Source: Octopus sinensis
Taxonomy: Eukaryota
Direction of reading: 5' to 3'
Assembly (NCBI RefSeq): GCF_006345805.1
Contig: NC_043009.1
Coordinates: 30,318,001 to 30,382,000 of the forward strand
Length of the DNA stretch: 64,000 nt
Numbering within the stretch: position 1 is the first letter of the stretch; each line of letters begins with the position of its first letter. Below the pieces are notes generated by a model, which was not told where the DNA came from, did not search any database, and saw only the letters and a program-made list of their open reading frames with translations. Below, piece after piece: positions 24,210 through 36,609 of the stretch. The position numbers and the translations under genes are program-made.

Positions 24210-25244
24210 TAATTATTAGTTTTGAAAGTTATTTTTTCCATACTGGCCACTTGATAATATCATTATTTTATTTTAAATGAATGATCTTATCCTTATTTAT
24301 TTATATATATAGATAGACAAACAGACAGACAGACAGATAGATAGATAGATAGATAGATAGAAAGATTCTGGTTGAATATGATGCAAATTATAATGCGGTG
24401 CGATTTGAACTCAGGATGTAAAAAGTCGAACCATATACCGCATGGACTCTATCCTATGCTCCAGCTTGTAGTCTAGTTCTTTATTTTCTATTTAAAAAAA
24501 TAAAAAATCAATGTATTTCTCATAATTACTTCAGTATTTGAAGATATACTCAAAATTTTCCGATGACGTCATATAGTTCTCTGATAAAATAGTTTTCCGC
24601 AAGAATAATTACCTCAGGGAATATAGTATGGCATTAAAAGACTTTTAGTATCAAGTTTTGTAGATTTGATTTCAAACAAAGGGTTCAAAATTAAATAAAA
24701 TTTGAAGTTTGCTCAAGATATTGGTGTCATGTGCCTAATTATTTTTTAATTATTTATTAAGCAGATTCTGTGAAAATATTTTTCGATACTGAGAATGTGA
24801 ACTTTGAAACAGATGTGTATTTGCTCTCTACGTGAATGGCCTCTTGGCATGTTTAATGTTTAAAAAATTTATATGAGACGCAGTCGATCCGTTTAAATAG
24901 CTTTAACAACCTTAACAAGACGTAATTGAAGTCCGCATATATAATTTTGTTTGGAAAACCTACTTCGTTTTACATGCGTAAGTAATATCGACCCATCATG
25001 ACCGTCTTGTTCATCATATACACAGCCGAACGTCTGAAAACGTGACCTCAGTACTTTCTGCCTAGTAAGTCTGCCAGATTATCAAAGCAGAAACTTAATG
25101 TACCACATTAATATATATACATATATTCATGTGTGTGTGTATACATACATACACAAACACACATATATATAGACACACACACACACACCCACACACACAC
25201 ACACACCACACACACACACACACACACCCACACACACACACACC

Positions 25245-25319
<75 letters not shown>

Positions 25320-25448
25320 AAACAACTCTGTTTACAAGAGAAACAGAGAAAGGCCGAAACAAGGAAAATGCCACTTATATTTGAACACTATACAAATATT
25401 CTTTTAAAAAAACTTTTCTTTTAATTTTTCTAAATTTAATTATTTAAT

Positions 25449-25496
25449 CGTTACAATTGAAAAGGTCTCAAATGACTGAAACCGGTACTGAAATGT
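25449..25496 (+). ncRNA. Degenerate Penelope-type hammerhead motif
   Basis: TTGAAAA core, helix II GGTC-TCAAAT-GACT, GAAACCGGTA with palindromic ACCGGT, imperfect helix I; embedded in AT-rich sequence. Confidence 0.4.
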
Positions 25497-25596
25497 TCTT
25501 TATAAAATTATTTTAGTATTTTCTATCTTGACTTGCTTTTTCATATATATCAACTCGTGTGTTTCTTTTCATCCTTATACATACAAATATATATAT

Positions 25597-25670
<74 letters not shown>

Positions 25671-25890
25671 TTTGAGTAGTTGAATGAATTATCTTGTTAT
25701 GGATAATTCGGTTAAACGATACCTGGGTAGCAAATTCACATCAGAGAAGACGCGGTTGAAGTTACGTGCTTTCGTGTGGAAATTTGTATGTTTTTTTTAA
25801 ATATAAATATATGAAAGAATGGAGTTGAACGACGAATTAACAAAATTATATATATATACATATACATATATACATATATATATATAAACA

Positions 25891-26090
25891 CGAGGAGTGT
25901 TGAAAGGTTCCCGGCTTTCGGTAAAAAAACACTACAGGATAAGTTAATTATGATTTTATTCGACTTATTCCCCTCTTAGATTCACACACCTCTTTGCAGT
26001 GGTACTTCAGTGTTTCTCAGGACTATACAAAAAAAAATTGTAAATTTGGGCCTACAGCCAGGCCTTTCGCGACACCTTTAAACCCAGGAA
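25891..26090 (-). mobile_element. Mariner 3' terminal fragment
   Basis: CGAGGAGTGTTGAAAGGTTCCCGGCTTT TIR-like end followed by sequence whose minus strand resembles the transposase C-terminus (KCVNLRGxxVE-like). Confidence 0.6.
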
Positions 26091-27064
26091 CATGTATACA
26101 TGTGTGCGTGCCCGTGTGTCTATGTGTAAAACAATTTTGTATGCGAATTCGAAGTTGCTTCATTTTGTTCTACTCTCTTCCATTAGATATTGGTTGTGCC
26201 CAAAGTGCTTAAGAAATGTTATAAAATAAACCCAAAATAACAGCTTGGAAATATGGAGAAATATGTAGAAATATTCGGTGCGCAATATAAAGGAAATAGG
26301 CATGAACTTACCCTGTAAAATATATATTTGTGGATGTCTGTGTATATATACACACATATTTGTGTGCATGTATATATATATATATATATATATATATGTT
26401 ACATACATACACACACACACACCATGTGTCTATATACATAAATTATATATGTGTGTGTGTGAGTAAGCGAGTGAGTGAATGAGTGTATGTGCGTGTGTGT
26501 ATGTGAGTGTGTGTGTGTGTATGTGTGTGTTATCATTCGTGTTTTTGCTTAAAGCGTTACCTCTGTTCTGCAAATATATATATATTTCCTTCAAGTGCCA
26601 GACAATAGATGTTCCGTCTACATTTCAACTTCGCTTTATGTCGATAATTTAATATCATGATATACACCACTATCTTAATGATTAAGAAAATTGATTGTTT
26701 GTATCGCTCACATTGCTCAGGTCGACCTTTGGGAATCAGGAGAGACCTGGCACAGCAGCACAAACTAATCTAGCTCGGCTCGTCTAATTGTATTAATTTT
26801 ATAGTTCTTCCTTTGGTTATTAGACCACCTACATCTTGTTGACTGCCAAAATGATTTCCACTTAGACGAACTTGCTGGCGATTTCTTATGCCTAATCTAA
26901 TGACACATTCTAACGTTATTGGCTGTATCGTTTTCCGAACACAAGCTGTCTGGTGCAAACCTGACGTACACTGTCAAGAGTATCAGATTCAGAAGTAGAT
27001 GAAAAGATAATTTTTTAAATTATTCTTTTAGAAACTGAAAAAAAAATTAATTAATTTTAAATTA

Positions 27065-27490
27065 GCGATGAGTCATTATTGTCGTCGTCGTCACAGCCAT
27101 TAATACAATCCCCGTCGTCTTCATCGTAAACGTCATATCTTCGTCAAAATCATCATCAACGACATCTTTGTCATCGTCGTTATCGTCGTCGTCATCACAC
27201 TCCTCATCCTCCTCGTCGTCATCAAATTTTATTACTGTTTTCCTCTTCAGCATTAATGGCGTCATTTTGGTGATTGTGATAATGATTAGCATTACAACCA
27301 TCATAATTACCATCGCCCGCCCAATCCTCCATCACCTTCCATCTCTATGATCGTCATCGACTGTAGCAACGTCTTCATTTGTAGCACCATCATCAACAGC
27401 ATTATCAGTATTGCCATATCGCCGTTATCTTCTGCGTTGCCATTACACTCACTACCGTCTCATCACCACCATTAACAACATCAACAATCT
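27065..27490. repeat. Degenerate (ATC/GTC/ACC)n trinucleotide low-complexity tract
   Basis: Direct inspection; gives the poly-Asp/poly-Ser ORFs. Confidence 0.85.
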
Positions 27491-29649
27491 AAACGATCTT
27501 TACGAATAGAATTGCAGACCCGATTTTTTCAAACAGCACAGTGTGTTCGTATTAATTATTTTTGGAATATTTTCTTAACCTAGATTCGTTGTACTTCATT
27601 TCACCTGTTATTACATCTGTTATTTCATCTGTCATTACTCTTATCTTCGCTGATTGTTGTAAAACATAACTTAAGACCCACTTTATTTACTTTATTCATT
27701 CGCACACTTATTCACCATAACGTTTTTCGTTAATGGCTATTTTCGGACGTTTCACAATACATTTTGTACTCAGGTAATTTTATTTAAAATTTTATATTTT
27801 GTAGGAAATTTGATATTATTCCCTTCTCATTCAGACAAACGACCTTTCACGCTATCTATTAATGATTAAATTAGAGTTGGGCATAAAGAAACCTTCTGAT
27901 TTTTATTACACGATTTTGATTACATGAAAATATTTCATTAATATTATTCTAATTTGTATCAAAGTTGTTCTTACTTCGACTGACATCAGAGCATTGAAGG
28001 CTTTAAATTTCTATGCGATAAAATTTCATTTCCAATTGTCAGTAGAATCTGTGTATAACCATCTGATCATTCAAGAAAAATTAACAGCAAATGACCAATA
28101 AAACAGTGCAGAAATTACTGTGTGGTTATAAAGTTGACTTCGTTTCTTTTCTTTTATTTGCATTCAATCCTACTCTGGTTCACCTGAAGCAAGTACGTTC
28201 TGTCACACATGACTTTCAACCAAAGAAGAACGATTAATCTGTTCCAGCTTCAAGCCATGACTATATACATGGCGGGTTGCAAGCCTTGGAAGAACTTCGA
28301 TCTCTTATCTCACTCCAAGCAAACAGATGGAAAAGAACAAAATCGTTTAAATACTTGCTTAACAAATAGCTTCCAAATATTCTTTATCAGAATTACTTCG
28401 TATAGGTAATATTCCTATAGTTAAGTATGTGAGGAGCCTTCTGATATTATAGCTGTCTCTGTTACTTTCTTCTTTTACTCATGTAAAAATTTTCACTTCA
28501 CTTGTCACTGATACATTTAGGAAATTCATGCAAACCAAATAGCGCAGTTTTTTTTTCTTCTTTAAAATGAGAAGCTGCTATAGAATGACACACAGCTTAG
28601 AGCGACACACTGTCATTAACACACTGTTATTAGAAATAAACTTTTATATCTCTGCGTAATTTGTGAGGAAACAGAAACTATGATGTAAAACGAAAAATAT
28701 TTTTGACCCTGATGAAAGGCACCATTACCATAGCTTATTCTATTCTGCATCTCAAACACACTGACATATATTTCTCCAGTTTTCATTTCTAATCCAGTTC
28801 ATAGTAATACCGACTATTACTAGCCAACCAATTTTAATGCCTATTATTATTTGCCTCGGCTTGTCAGATCAGGAAATAGAGATCGATTTTATTTCATGAT
28901 AAATTGGTTGAAGTTATGAAGGGCATTCACTGGACATCTCTGAACTTACAAGAATATCTCTCTCATAAAACCGCAGACAAATAAAATGGATATAAAATGC
29001 TAGGAATAAAAATAACCCAAGAACTTACGATAAAACAATATAGCAAACACACCTCACAAGATTATATCACTGTACGTGATGTTGGTACAAACATAGTTTT
29101 CATGTTAAAGACTTGGAACAAACAACATGGTACATCAGTGTGGATATCATTGAGAAATAGATAAGGCAGCAGTGTTAGTTGTTCGGTCACATTTGTTGAT
29201 GCTTGGAAAATGATGGATACCATGTATCGCTGCACAGATTACAGGACTCCTCACATGAGAGAGTTAACTCAGTGTGTATTTGCAGCCCTAAGTACATTAA
29301 TAATACTGGTTTTTAGCTCGCCGAAGAGATTATATTTCAGATTAAATCCACTTTATATAATAAGGAAAGAAGATAAATTTGATATTAAACCAAACGGGAA
29401 TTTACTGCGAATCAAATATGCGTACTTCAGTACGCTTATTTTATACTACGTAACAAAATAATATATTGGCCATCGCTAAATAATGTTAATAAACTGTGAC
29501 TGGTTTTTCTTTCGAAATAGATTGGGCTAAAATGACTTCATACACGGGCATTACATCTGAAAAAGACTTTGGTCGGAGAGGGAAAAGCAATCGTGACATG
29601 TGTGTGTGTATGTGTGTGTATGTGTGTGTGTGTGTGTATATATATGTGT

Positions 29650-29692
<43 letters not shown>

Positions 29693-29822
29693 TGTGTGTA
29701 TGTGTGTGGGTGCATGTGTGTGTATGTATATGTATGTAGTGAGAATTTACAAAAAAGTACGAAATACGAGTGTGTAAACAATAAACAGATGTATTAGTTT
29801 AACGCTCGGAAAGTGAGAAAGT

Positions 29823-29858
29823 CTTCTACGTTTCGAGCTTACGCTCTACAACAGAAAG
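29823..29858 (-). ncRNA. Minimal hammerhead-like motif with variant core (family C2)
   Basis: Minus: CTTT CTGTTGT A GAGC-GTAA-GCTC GAAA CG TA GAAG. Confidence 0.5.
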
Positions 29859-29977
29859 AAACAGAAATAAACAGGGAGAGAAAACAGAAAAGGTTTAGTG
29901 GCTAGCGATCTATCATGGCAAGTGTGCAAGTACGTATGTATGAACATATGCTTTCACCCTAAACAGGCAATAATAAC

Positions 29978-30349
29978 TTAATACTTGATGCCGGTGTATT
30001 CGGTAACAGACTTGGTATCTTCAGAGACGGTGTGTTTGGCTAATTCACTAGGAAAGAGAAGACGGACAGCAGTCTGTACTTCACGGCTACTAATGGTCAA
30101 ACCCTTGCTTGTAGTGAGACAAGCAGTTAGACTCAGAAGCTATTCTTTCGAATAGATATTTGACAAAACTGTTCATGATAGACATAATTGCACTCGAAAT
30201 ACAAGTGCAGGGTGAACATGTTTCGACATTTTGTAAATGTAGATGGAATAGCTTTCCTTTCTCTTCCTCTTTTTCTATTCCCCAGAAACTGCGGTTTTAG
30301 CTTTAGCGGCTTTCTTTGCACCTCCCGACAGTGCTGTAGCAGGAGGCAT
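29978..30349 (-). pseudogene. H2B: Histone H2B pseudogene (one premature stop, at least two frameshifts)
   Basis: Minus strand: [46 protein letters not shown] / [30 protein letters not shown] / [38 protein letters not shown]; collinear with canonical H2B ([43 protein letters not shown]...[35 protein letters not shown]). Intronless. Confidence 0.95.
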
Positions 30350-30609
30350 TTTGGATGGTAGTTAATTCAAATGATATATATATGTGTACATGTGTGTGTG
30401 AATGCGTGTGTGTGTTTGTATGTATGCATGTCCATATGTATATACATATGTATATACATATCTGTGTGTGTGTGTGTGTTGAATTTTTTGTGTATGAATG
30501 CATGAGCAAATTGTAGCAAGAGCTTGCATCTCTAAAAATAATTTGCAAACATTTTAATTTTAAATTGTAATCATTAATATAATTAGGGATATTTAGTGTT
30601 ACTTATTTA

Positions 30610-30780
30610 ATTGACCACCAGGCTGACTGATTTATAAATTGTTTAGCCAATTACGTGTGAACTTAGCTATCTGATGGGCTAGTCAACTTACTGATTAGGT
30701 GCATTGGATGGTAGGCGAGCAGTATCCAATTTAGTCCATTTACCCTAGTTATTACTTCCCCTTAACAATAAATATTCCCT
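30610..30780 (-). promoter_or_regulatory. Possible relic promoter upstream of H2B
   Basis: TTTATAAA at ~30631 plus three CCAAT/ATTGG boxes in a microsatellite-free patch upstream of the H2B ATG. Confidence 0.25.
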
Positions 30781-32309
30781 AATTTTCCTACGGAATGAAT
30801 TCTTTTCATTGTGTTTACTAATTTCACATTCCTATTTTATAAAACTTTTGGACTATTATCATCCGCAATCGTCTTATTTCCTAAATGTCCACATAGGTTT
30901 CTCTCTTAATATTTAGTTCATAATATTTACTTTTTTTAAATCTGGTATATACCGTCCAAAGCGTTTTCGGGCCCCTTACAACATTCACCATTTTTCGATT
31001 CATTTATCTTACCCCCGTATAACCGTCTCAATAGCTGGTCTTTGGTTTTAAAATTTCAACTGAACAATTATATCGAACGTTGGACATTGGCCTACCTCAG
31101 TTTGCACAACAGATGGAAGGGCATCACCACCTACTAGTAAATTAAAAATTACATTTAATTGATTAGCATTTTATTATGATAAATACTATTAATTAGTACT
31201 ATAGGCATATTAAAAATTATTACGAGTAATTTAAAACCTTATTGTATCTTCACCCTTTCTCCGACTAAAACGTGTTGGCGTATCCCACTATTATTTTTGA
31301 ATTTTTCTATTATTTATCCATCCTATCCCACCCCCGTATAAAAGATTAATTCACTTGTTGCTACTTTGGCTTAGTCATTTCCTTAACGTCCCAAACAAAT
31401 ATACAAACAAAATGGTATGATTACAAACACCTTCAAGATTTCCTTTTTCTTCTGAAGGCTCTTCATTTTTTTTATTTTATTCTTCGCTCTGATGACGTTC
31501 CATGTTTCAGATCGGTTTTATTACCAAATATGATAAATATCTTTAGCATATCAATGGCAGTATCATAAAACATTAGAAGCAGAAACAGCTGTTAGATGGG
31601 ATGCAGTATATTTGTGTTGAATTAATAAATAATTGATGTAAGTAATTGTTGTTCATCAATATTTTCCCCCATTTTCTGTTATCTTTAAATTTTGATTCTT
31701 GTTAAACCCATGTTTATCCGTGTCTTTACCTATAATTTATGAGCATAATGGATACTTCTCTCCCTTAGACGGTTATTTTAACCTCTAACTCACCTATATA
31801 TATATATATATATATAATATATATATATATATAATGAGTGTTGTGTGTGTGGTGTATGTGTATGTATGTATGTATGTATGTATCGGTGTATGCTTTTCTC
31901 AAAGAGCTATAATAGAAACTAAATGAAGCGGGGAAACACGGAGAGCCCCAGACTAAGTTGCAAATGGTGATGCATTGCAACCTGGATTTCTTTAACTGGC
32001 TGAATTACATTTGAAAACCTTGTTTTTGTGGGTTCGTTTCTGACACTTTTTATCTCTTCACCAAATTTGCAGGAATAATATATTCCAGTTACACATTTGG
32101 GGCAAATTCTGTTTAACTCCGTGAATGGATCACACCGTAAAATTTTAGAACCTAATCTTATGTCAATCAGATAGACTCTCTATTTTCTTGAGAATTCGGG
32201 TTTCATAATACCCAAAAGAACATGTCTACACACGAAGATTAGATATGCAGTCTGTCCCAGATACTGTCAAAAACATCTAAGAATATCGGAAATATAAACC
32301 AAGAAGCAC

Positions 32310-32462
32310 TTGACTGTATGATAAGAACATTGATTCCAAGTCACTTGGTTCCGGGTCCAGTCACTCTGCATGGTACCTTGGACAGGTCTCTTCTACTATA
32401 ACCTAGGGCTTACCAAAGCCTTGTGAGTAAATTTGGTAGACGGAAACCGAAAGAAGCCTGGC

Positions 32463-32493
<31 letters not shown>

Positions 32494-32730
32494 TATGTTG
32501 GGGGTGCATGTATGTGTGTGAGTGTGTGTCTTTATGCCTGTGTTTGTGCCCCCATCACCGGTTGACATCCGCTGTTGGCGAGTTTACGTCCCCATGACTT
32601 AACGGTTCGGCAAAAGGAGCCGATAGAATGAGTAATAGGCTTACTAAAATAAGTATCGGGTCGATTTCTTCAACTAAAACCCTTCAAGGCTGTTCTCCAG
32701 TATGGCCGTAGTAAAATAACTGAAACAAAA
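32310..32730 (+). mobile_element. CORE-type tRNA SINE (OR-like), degraded
   Basis: GGTACCTTGGACAGGTCTCTTCTACTATAA core; tail GCTGTTCTCCAGTATGGCCGTAG. Confidence 0.8.
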
Positions 32731-32820
32731 GGATGTGCACTGACATCCACACCAGTGCGCTAGCGTATGTGTACACACACCACACACACACACACACACA
32801 CATGCATATAGATATAGATT

Positions 32821-32972
32821 ATTTACATTATTTACATTATTTACAATTAAAGAAAATTTGTCCTCATCTTGTTTGTTGTTAACACAACGTTTCGGCTGAT
32901 ATACCCTCCAGACTTCATCAGGTGTCATGGGGTAATGTCGAACCTGGTTCTCATTCCTCAGGTATTTTTCAA

Positions 32973-33009
<37 letters not shown>

Positions 33010-33103
33010 GTTATTATTATTATCATTATTATTATTCAGTTCACTGCCTGGAATCGAACTCTGAATGTTGGAGTTACTAGCCCGCGCTCTTAACCACTAC
33101 TCC
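32821..33103 (-). mobile_element. tRNA-headed SINE with (AAT)n linker and hammerhead-containing tail (family B)
   Basis: Minus: A-box GTAGTGGTTAAG, B-box GAGTTCGATTCC, (AAT)n, then tail containing GACAC CTGATGA A GTCTG-GAGGGTATAT-CAGCC GAAA CG TT GTGTT. Confidence 0.85.
32879..32928 (-). ncRNA. Minimal type I hammerhead ribozyme (family B)
   Basis: Intact core CUGAUGA and GAAA, helix I UGACAC/GUGUUA (6 bp), helix II 4/5 paired, palindromic AACGUU helix III, GUU triplet. Confidence 0.8.
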
Positions 33104-33586
33104 ATAAGCTCATGAGGACAAATATCCATCAATTGTAATTAATGTAAATAATGTACATAATTCCTCATCTCTTAAATATAGAACTGTATAATACATGTGT
33201 TCAAGCATATATACGTGCACTCACATACATACATGTGCATTTATGCATACAGTCATATATTGATAGAAACTAGCATTTTGATGTTTGAATTCCAACGAAT
33301 GAATCATGTTTCAAAGCTAGAAACCGGCTTTCTCACAATTAATGAGAAATTCCCAAAATATAACGAGCAAAATGTAAATATTTAAATATTAGATGCATAC
33401 ATACACACACACTCACACAAACGCACACAAACACACTCATAAGCACACATGTATGTATGTGTGCGTGTGTCTGTATCGGTGTTTTATTTAATAACAGTTT
33501 AACGTGGCTGCATTAAAGTTTCGTAACCTCAATAAATGAACCTATCGCATCAGATTTGTAGAGACCTTTATATATATATATATATG

Positions 33587-33693
<107 letters not shown>

Positions 33694-33699
33694 TTATGT

Positions 33700-33918
33700 G
33701 TTGGCAGACACGTTAGCGCGCCGGGCGAAATGCTAAGCGGTATTTCGTCTGTCGTTACGTTGTGAGTTCAAATTCCGCCGAGGTCAACTTTGCCTTTCAT
33801 CCTCTCGGGGTTGATAAATAAAGTACATGTTTCGCACTGGGGTCGATATAATCGACTCAATCCCTTCGTCTGTCCTTGTTTGTCCCCTCTATGTTTAGGC
33901 CCTTCTGGGCAGTAAAGA

Positions 33919-33920
<2 letters not shown>
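33700..33920 (+). mobile_element. MetaSINE-like tRNA SINE
   Basis: TTGGCAGACACGTTAGCGCGCCGGGCGAAATGCT...GTTCAAATTCCGCCGAGGTC. Confidence 0.9.
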
Positions 33921-33961
<41 letters not shown>

Positions 33962-34014
33962 TATATTTTGGGAGTACCTAATGTCTCAGTACTGAATATG
34001 GCCGATATTTAATT

Positions 34015-34077
34015 CACCTGAAGAATGACTGTAACTCGAAATTTTAAGAATTGGACAGCCATGAAACGATTGTAGTG
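34015..34077 (+). ncRNA. Type I hammerhead ribozyme-like motif (family A)
   Basis: Helix I CAC/GTG, core CTGAAGA, helix II ATGACTGT...ACAGCCAT (7/8 bp), GAAA, CGATTG, TA; downstream ~130 bp is homologous to 17230-17350. Confidence 0.7.
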
Positions 34078-34204
34078 TTATACTAATTATCTTTTTTTAA
34101 TAATTTTGATATATATTTAAAATAATATAAATTAATTAATCTTATGTATTGGCTTAAGTTTTTCATTGTATGATTTGCCTGATAGTGGTTCTATCTCTAA
34201 TTTA

Positions 34205-34265
<61 letters not shown>

Positions 34266-35331
34266 ATGTATGTATATATAGACATATATATATAATATAT
34301 ATATGTATATATATGTACGTATGTGTATAATATGTTACATGTGTACATATGTATGTGTATGTATACATATTGCTTAATATTCAACACTTGTATTGGGAAT
34401 TTCATATAAATATCACATTAGAGATAGATAAGTTTTCACATATGTGCGCGCGCTTGAGCGTGCGTATATATATACATACATATCTATCGATCTATCTCTC
34501 TATATATATACACGCGCACACATATATATTTGTATATTAACATAAAAGTTAATTTGAAGACGTATAAATATCCATTTCTGTTCGTATATGTATATCAATA
34601 TCAAAATATATGTATGTCTATATGCGACATATACGAAAGTGAGAGAGAGAGGGCAAGAGAAAGAGAGTGAGAGAGAGTATAAGAGAGAGAGAGAGTGTGT
34701 GAGAGAGAGAGAGGGAGAAGAGAGAGGGAGAGATAGAGAGATTTTGATTCAGAGAAGTATAAAAACTTGTCACACGCACAGCTTGCAGAAAGTTTTTAAA
34801 AATATTCAGAAGTTTTTATTTCTATTTCAAATATCTTAATCTCAGAAGGATACCTGGTTTGTCCAGAAGCAAATATATGTTGGTGACAAGACATGCTATT
34901 AAATAATTCAACTATCCTTCATATTTTGTAAAATAAAATACAAGTAATAGTTGATAACTTGATATCAACGTTAGCCACTTGTGAAATAGTATTATTTTGA
35001 TTGATGTTGTCAACATATACATCATGTTTGTAAATGTGTTTGAATACCTGTACATAAAAGTATATGTGTGTGTGGTGTGTGTGTGTGTGTGAGTGAGTGT
35101 GTTGTGTTGTATCGAAGTTTGTATATATGTGCAAATATTTATGATATATGGTTATACACACACATAGACATATATCCTAATTCATATAAAGTCTTATATA
35201 TATACATATATATGCATACATATAGAAATCTATATGTATGTATTTATCTATATGCATATGTGTATATATAGATATATATATATATATATATATATATAGA
35301 TATATACATAGTATATATATATATATATATA

Positions 35332-35376
<45 letters not shown>

Positions 35377-36109
35377 AGTATATATATATATACAAACATA
35401 TGCCTATACGTGTATATATATATATATGTGGTGTCCATTATTCTTCAAGTGTATTCCACCATTTGCTGAGTAAGTACATTCGATTCTTATATACATTCAT
35501 ATGCACACATACATATATATTTACACAGATGCTAAAGATAAACTTATATAAATAAATGGCCACAAAATTCTTAATAGTATTTTATAACTAAGATTTATAT
35601 AATTTTGTCATCTTGTATCATTGATATATTATTTAAGAAAATTTGATTGATAGTTTAATTATTTTCTCTAACTTTCTATACTATAACATGTTGATTGATA
35701 TATTTTAGAGTTTTGGCACTGTTACTTTACAGCAGAGACGAAGATAGTGAAACAAGAAAAACAAAAGCTCTATTAACTTCTTCCATGAAATTATTCTCAA
35801 GTTTCAAAGTTGCTTTCCTTTACCTTTATTTATTTATATATAATTCCTGTCAGTTATATATTTATTTCCTATGAGAAATGTTCTATGAATTCTATTACAA
35901 TTATTTACAGTCTTTCAGTTTTTAATTGTTGTCGTCGTTGCTTTTCTTTTAACTTTTGGAATCTTACAAACAAGATTCCTGGATTGTTTGTTTGTGAGCA
36001 TGTTGTTTCAGTGGTGTGAGAACTAAATTCTATTTATTTCAGGTTCAAATCCTACATTTTGTAGGAAAATAGTTATTTATTTACATGTCGTAGAGCTTAG
36101 TACTTAAGT

Positions 36110-36240
36110 GGAATTTATTTTGTCGACCCCGAAAGAATAAAAGCAGCATTGGTCTTGATGGGATTTGAACTCAGATCCCAAAAATCCAGGGGAAAGAAAG
36201 CAAAATATGTTGTCCAAATGCTCTGACGATATAACCCATT
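36110..36240 (-). mobile_element. Degraded MetaSINE-like copy
   Basis: TTTTGTCGACCCCGAAAGAATAAAAGC...GATTTGAACTCAG. Confidence 0.7.
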
Positions 36241-36482
36241 ACCCACCCTTGACTTGAGAAATGATAGAAGGATTTGAATAGAATACGAAATAACATTAAA
36301 CTTGCATTGTTCGAAAAACGATGCCATTGTTTACAAGTTTCAAAAAGTTTGATTCTGTTTTTATGACTAGAGGGAAAATGAATTGTCTGTGTGGCACGGG
36401 CGGAACAAATATCACAAGTAACATTTTAATGAACGAATTACTATATCATACACACACAACACACACACACACATATTATTAT

Positions 36483-36532
<50 letters not shown>

Positions 36533-36561
36533 GTATGTATATATATATATATATATATATA

Positions 36562-36609
<48 letters not shown>

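Noticed and set aside
24785-24825. HHR-like CTGAGAA...GAAACAGATGTG
   Set aside because: Needs about four changes (G8, helix II, G at cleavage site); not distinguishable from chance.
26735-26770. RPGT peptide reminiscent of histone H3
   Set aside because: Only four residues match; flanks are not H3-like.
27062-27313. Acidic poly-Asp ORF
   Set aside because: Degenerate trinucleotide repeat, no splice or homology support.
28209-28409. Short non-repetitive ORFs (MTFNQRR...; alternative frame HGGLQALEELRSL...)
   Set aside because: No recognisable motif or convincing splice pair.
28695-28730. CTGATGA motif
   Set aside because: No helix II/GAAA downstream.
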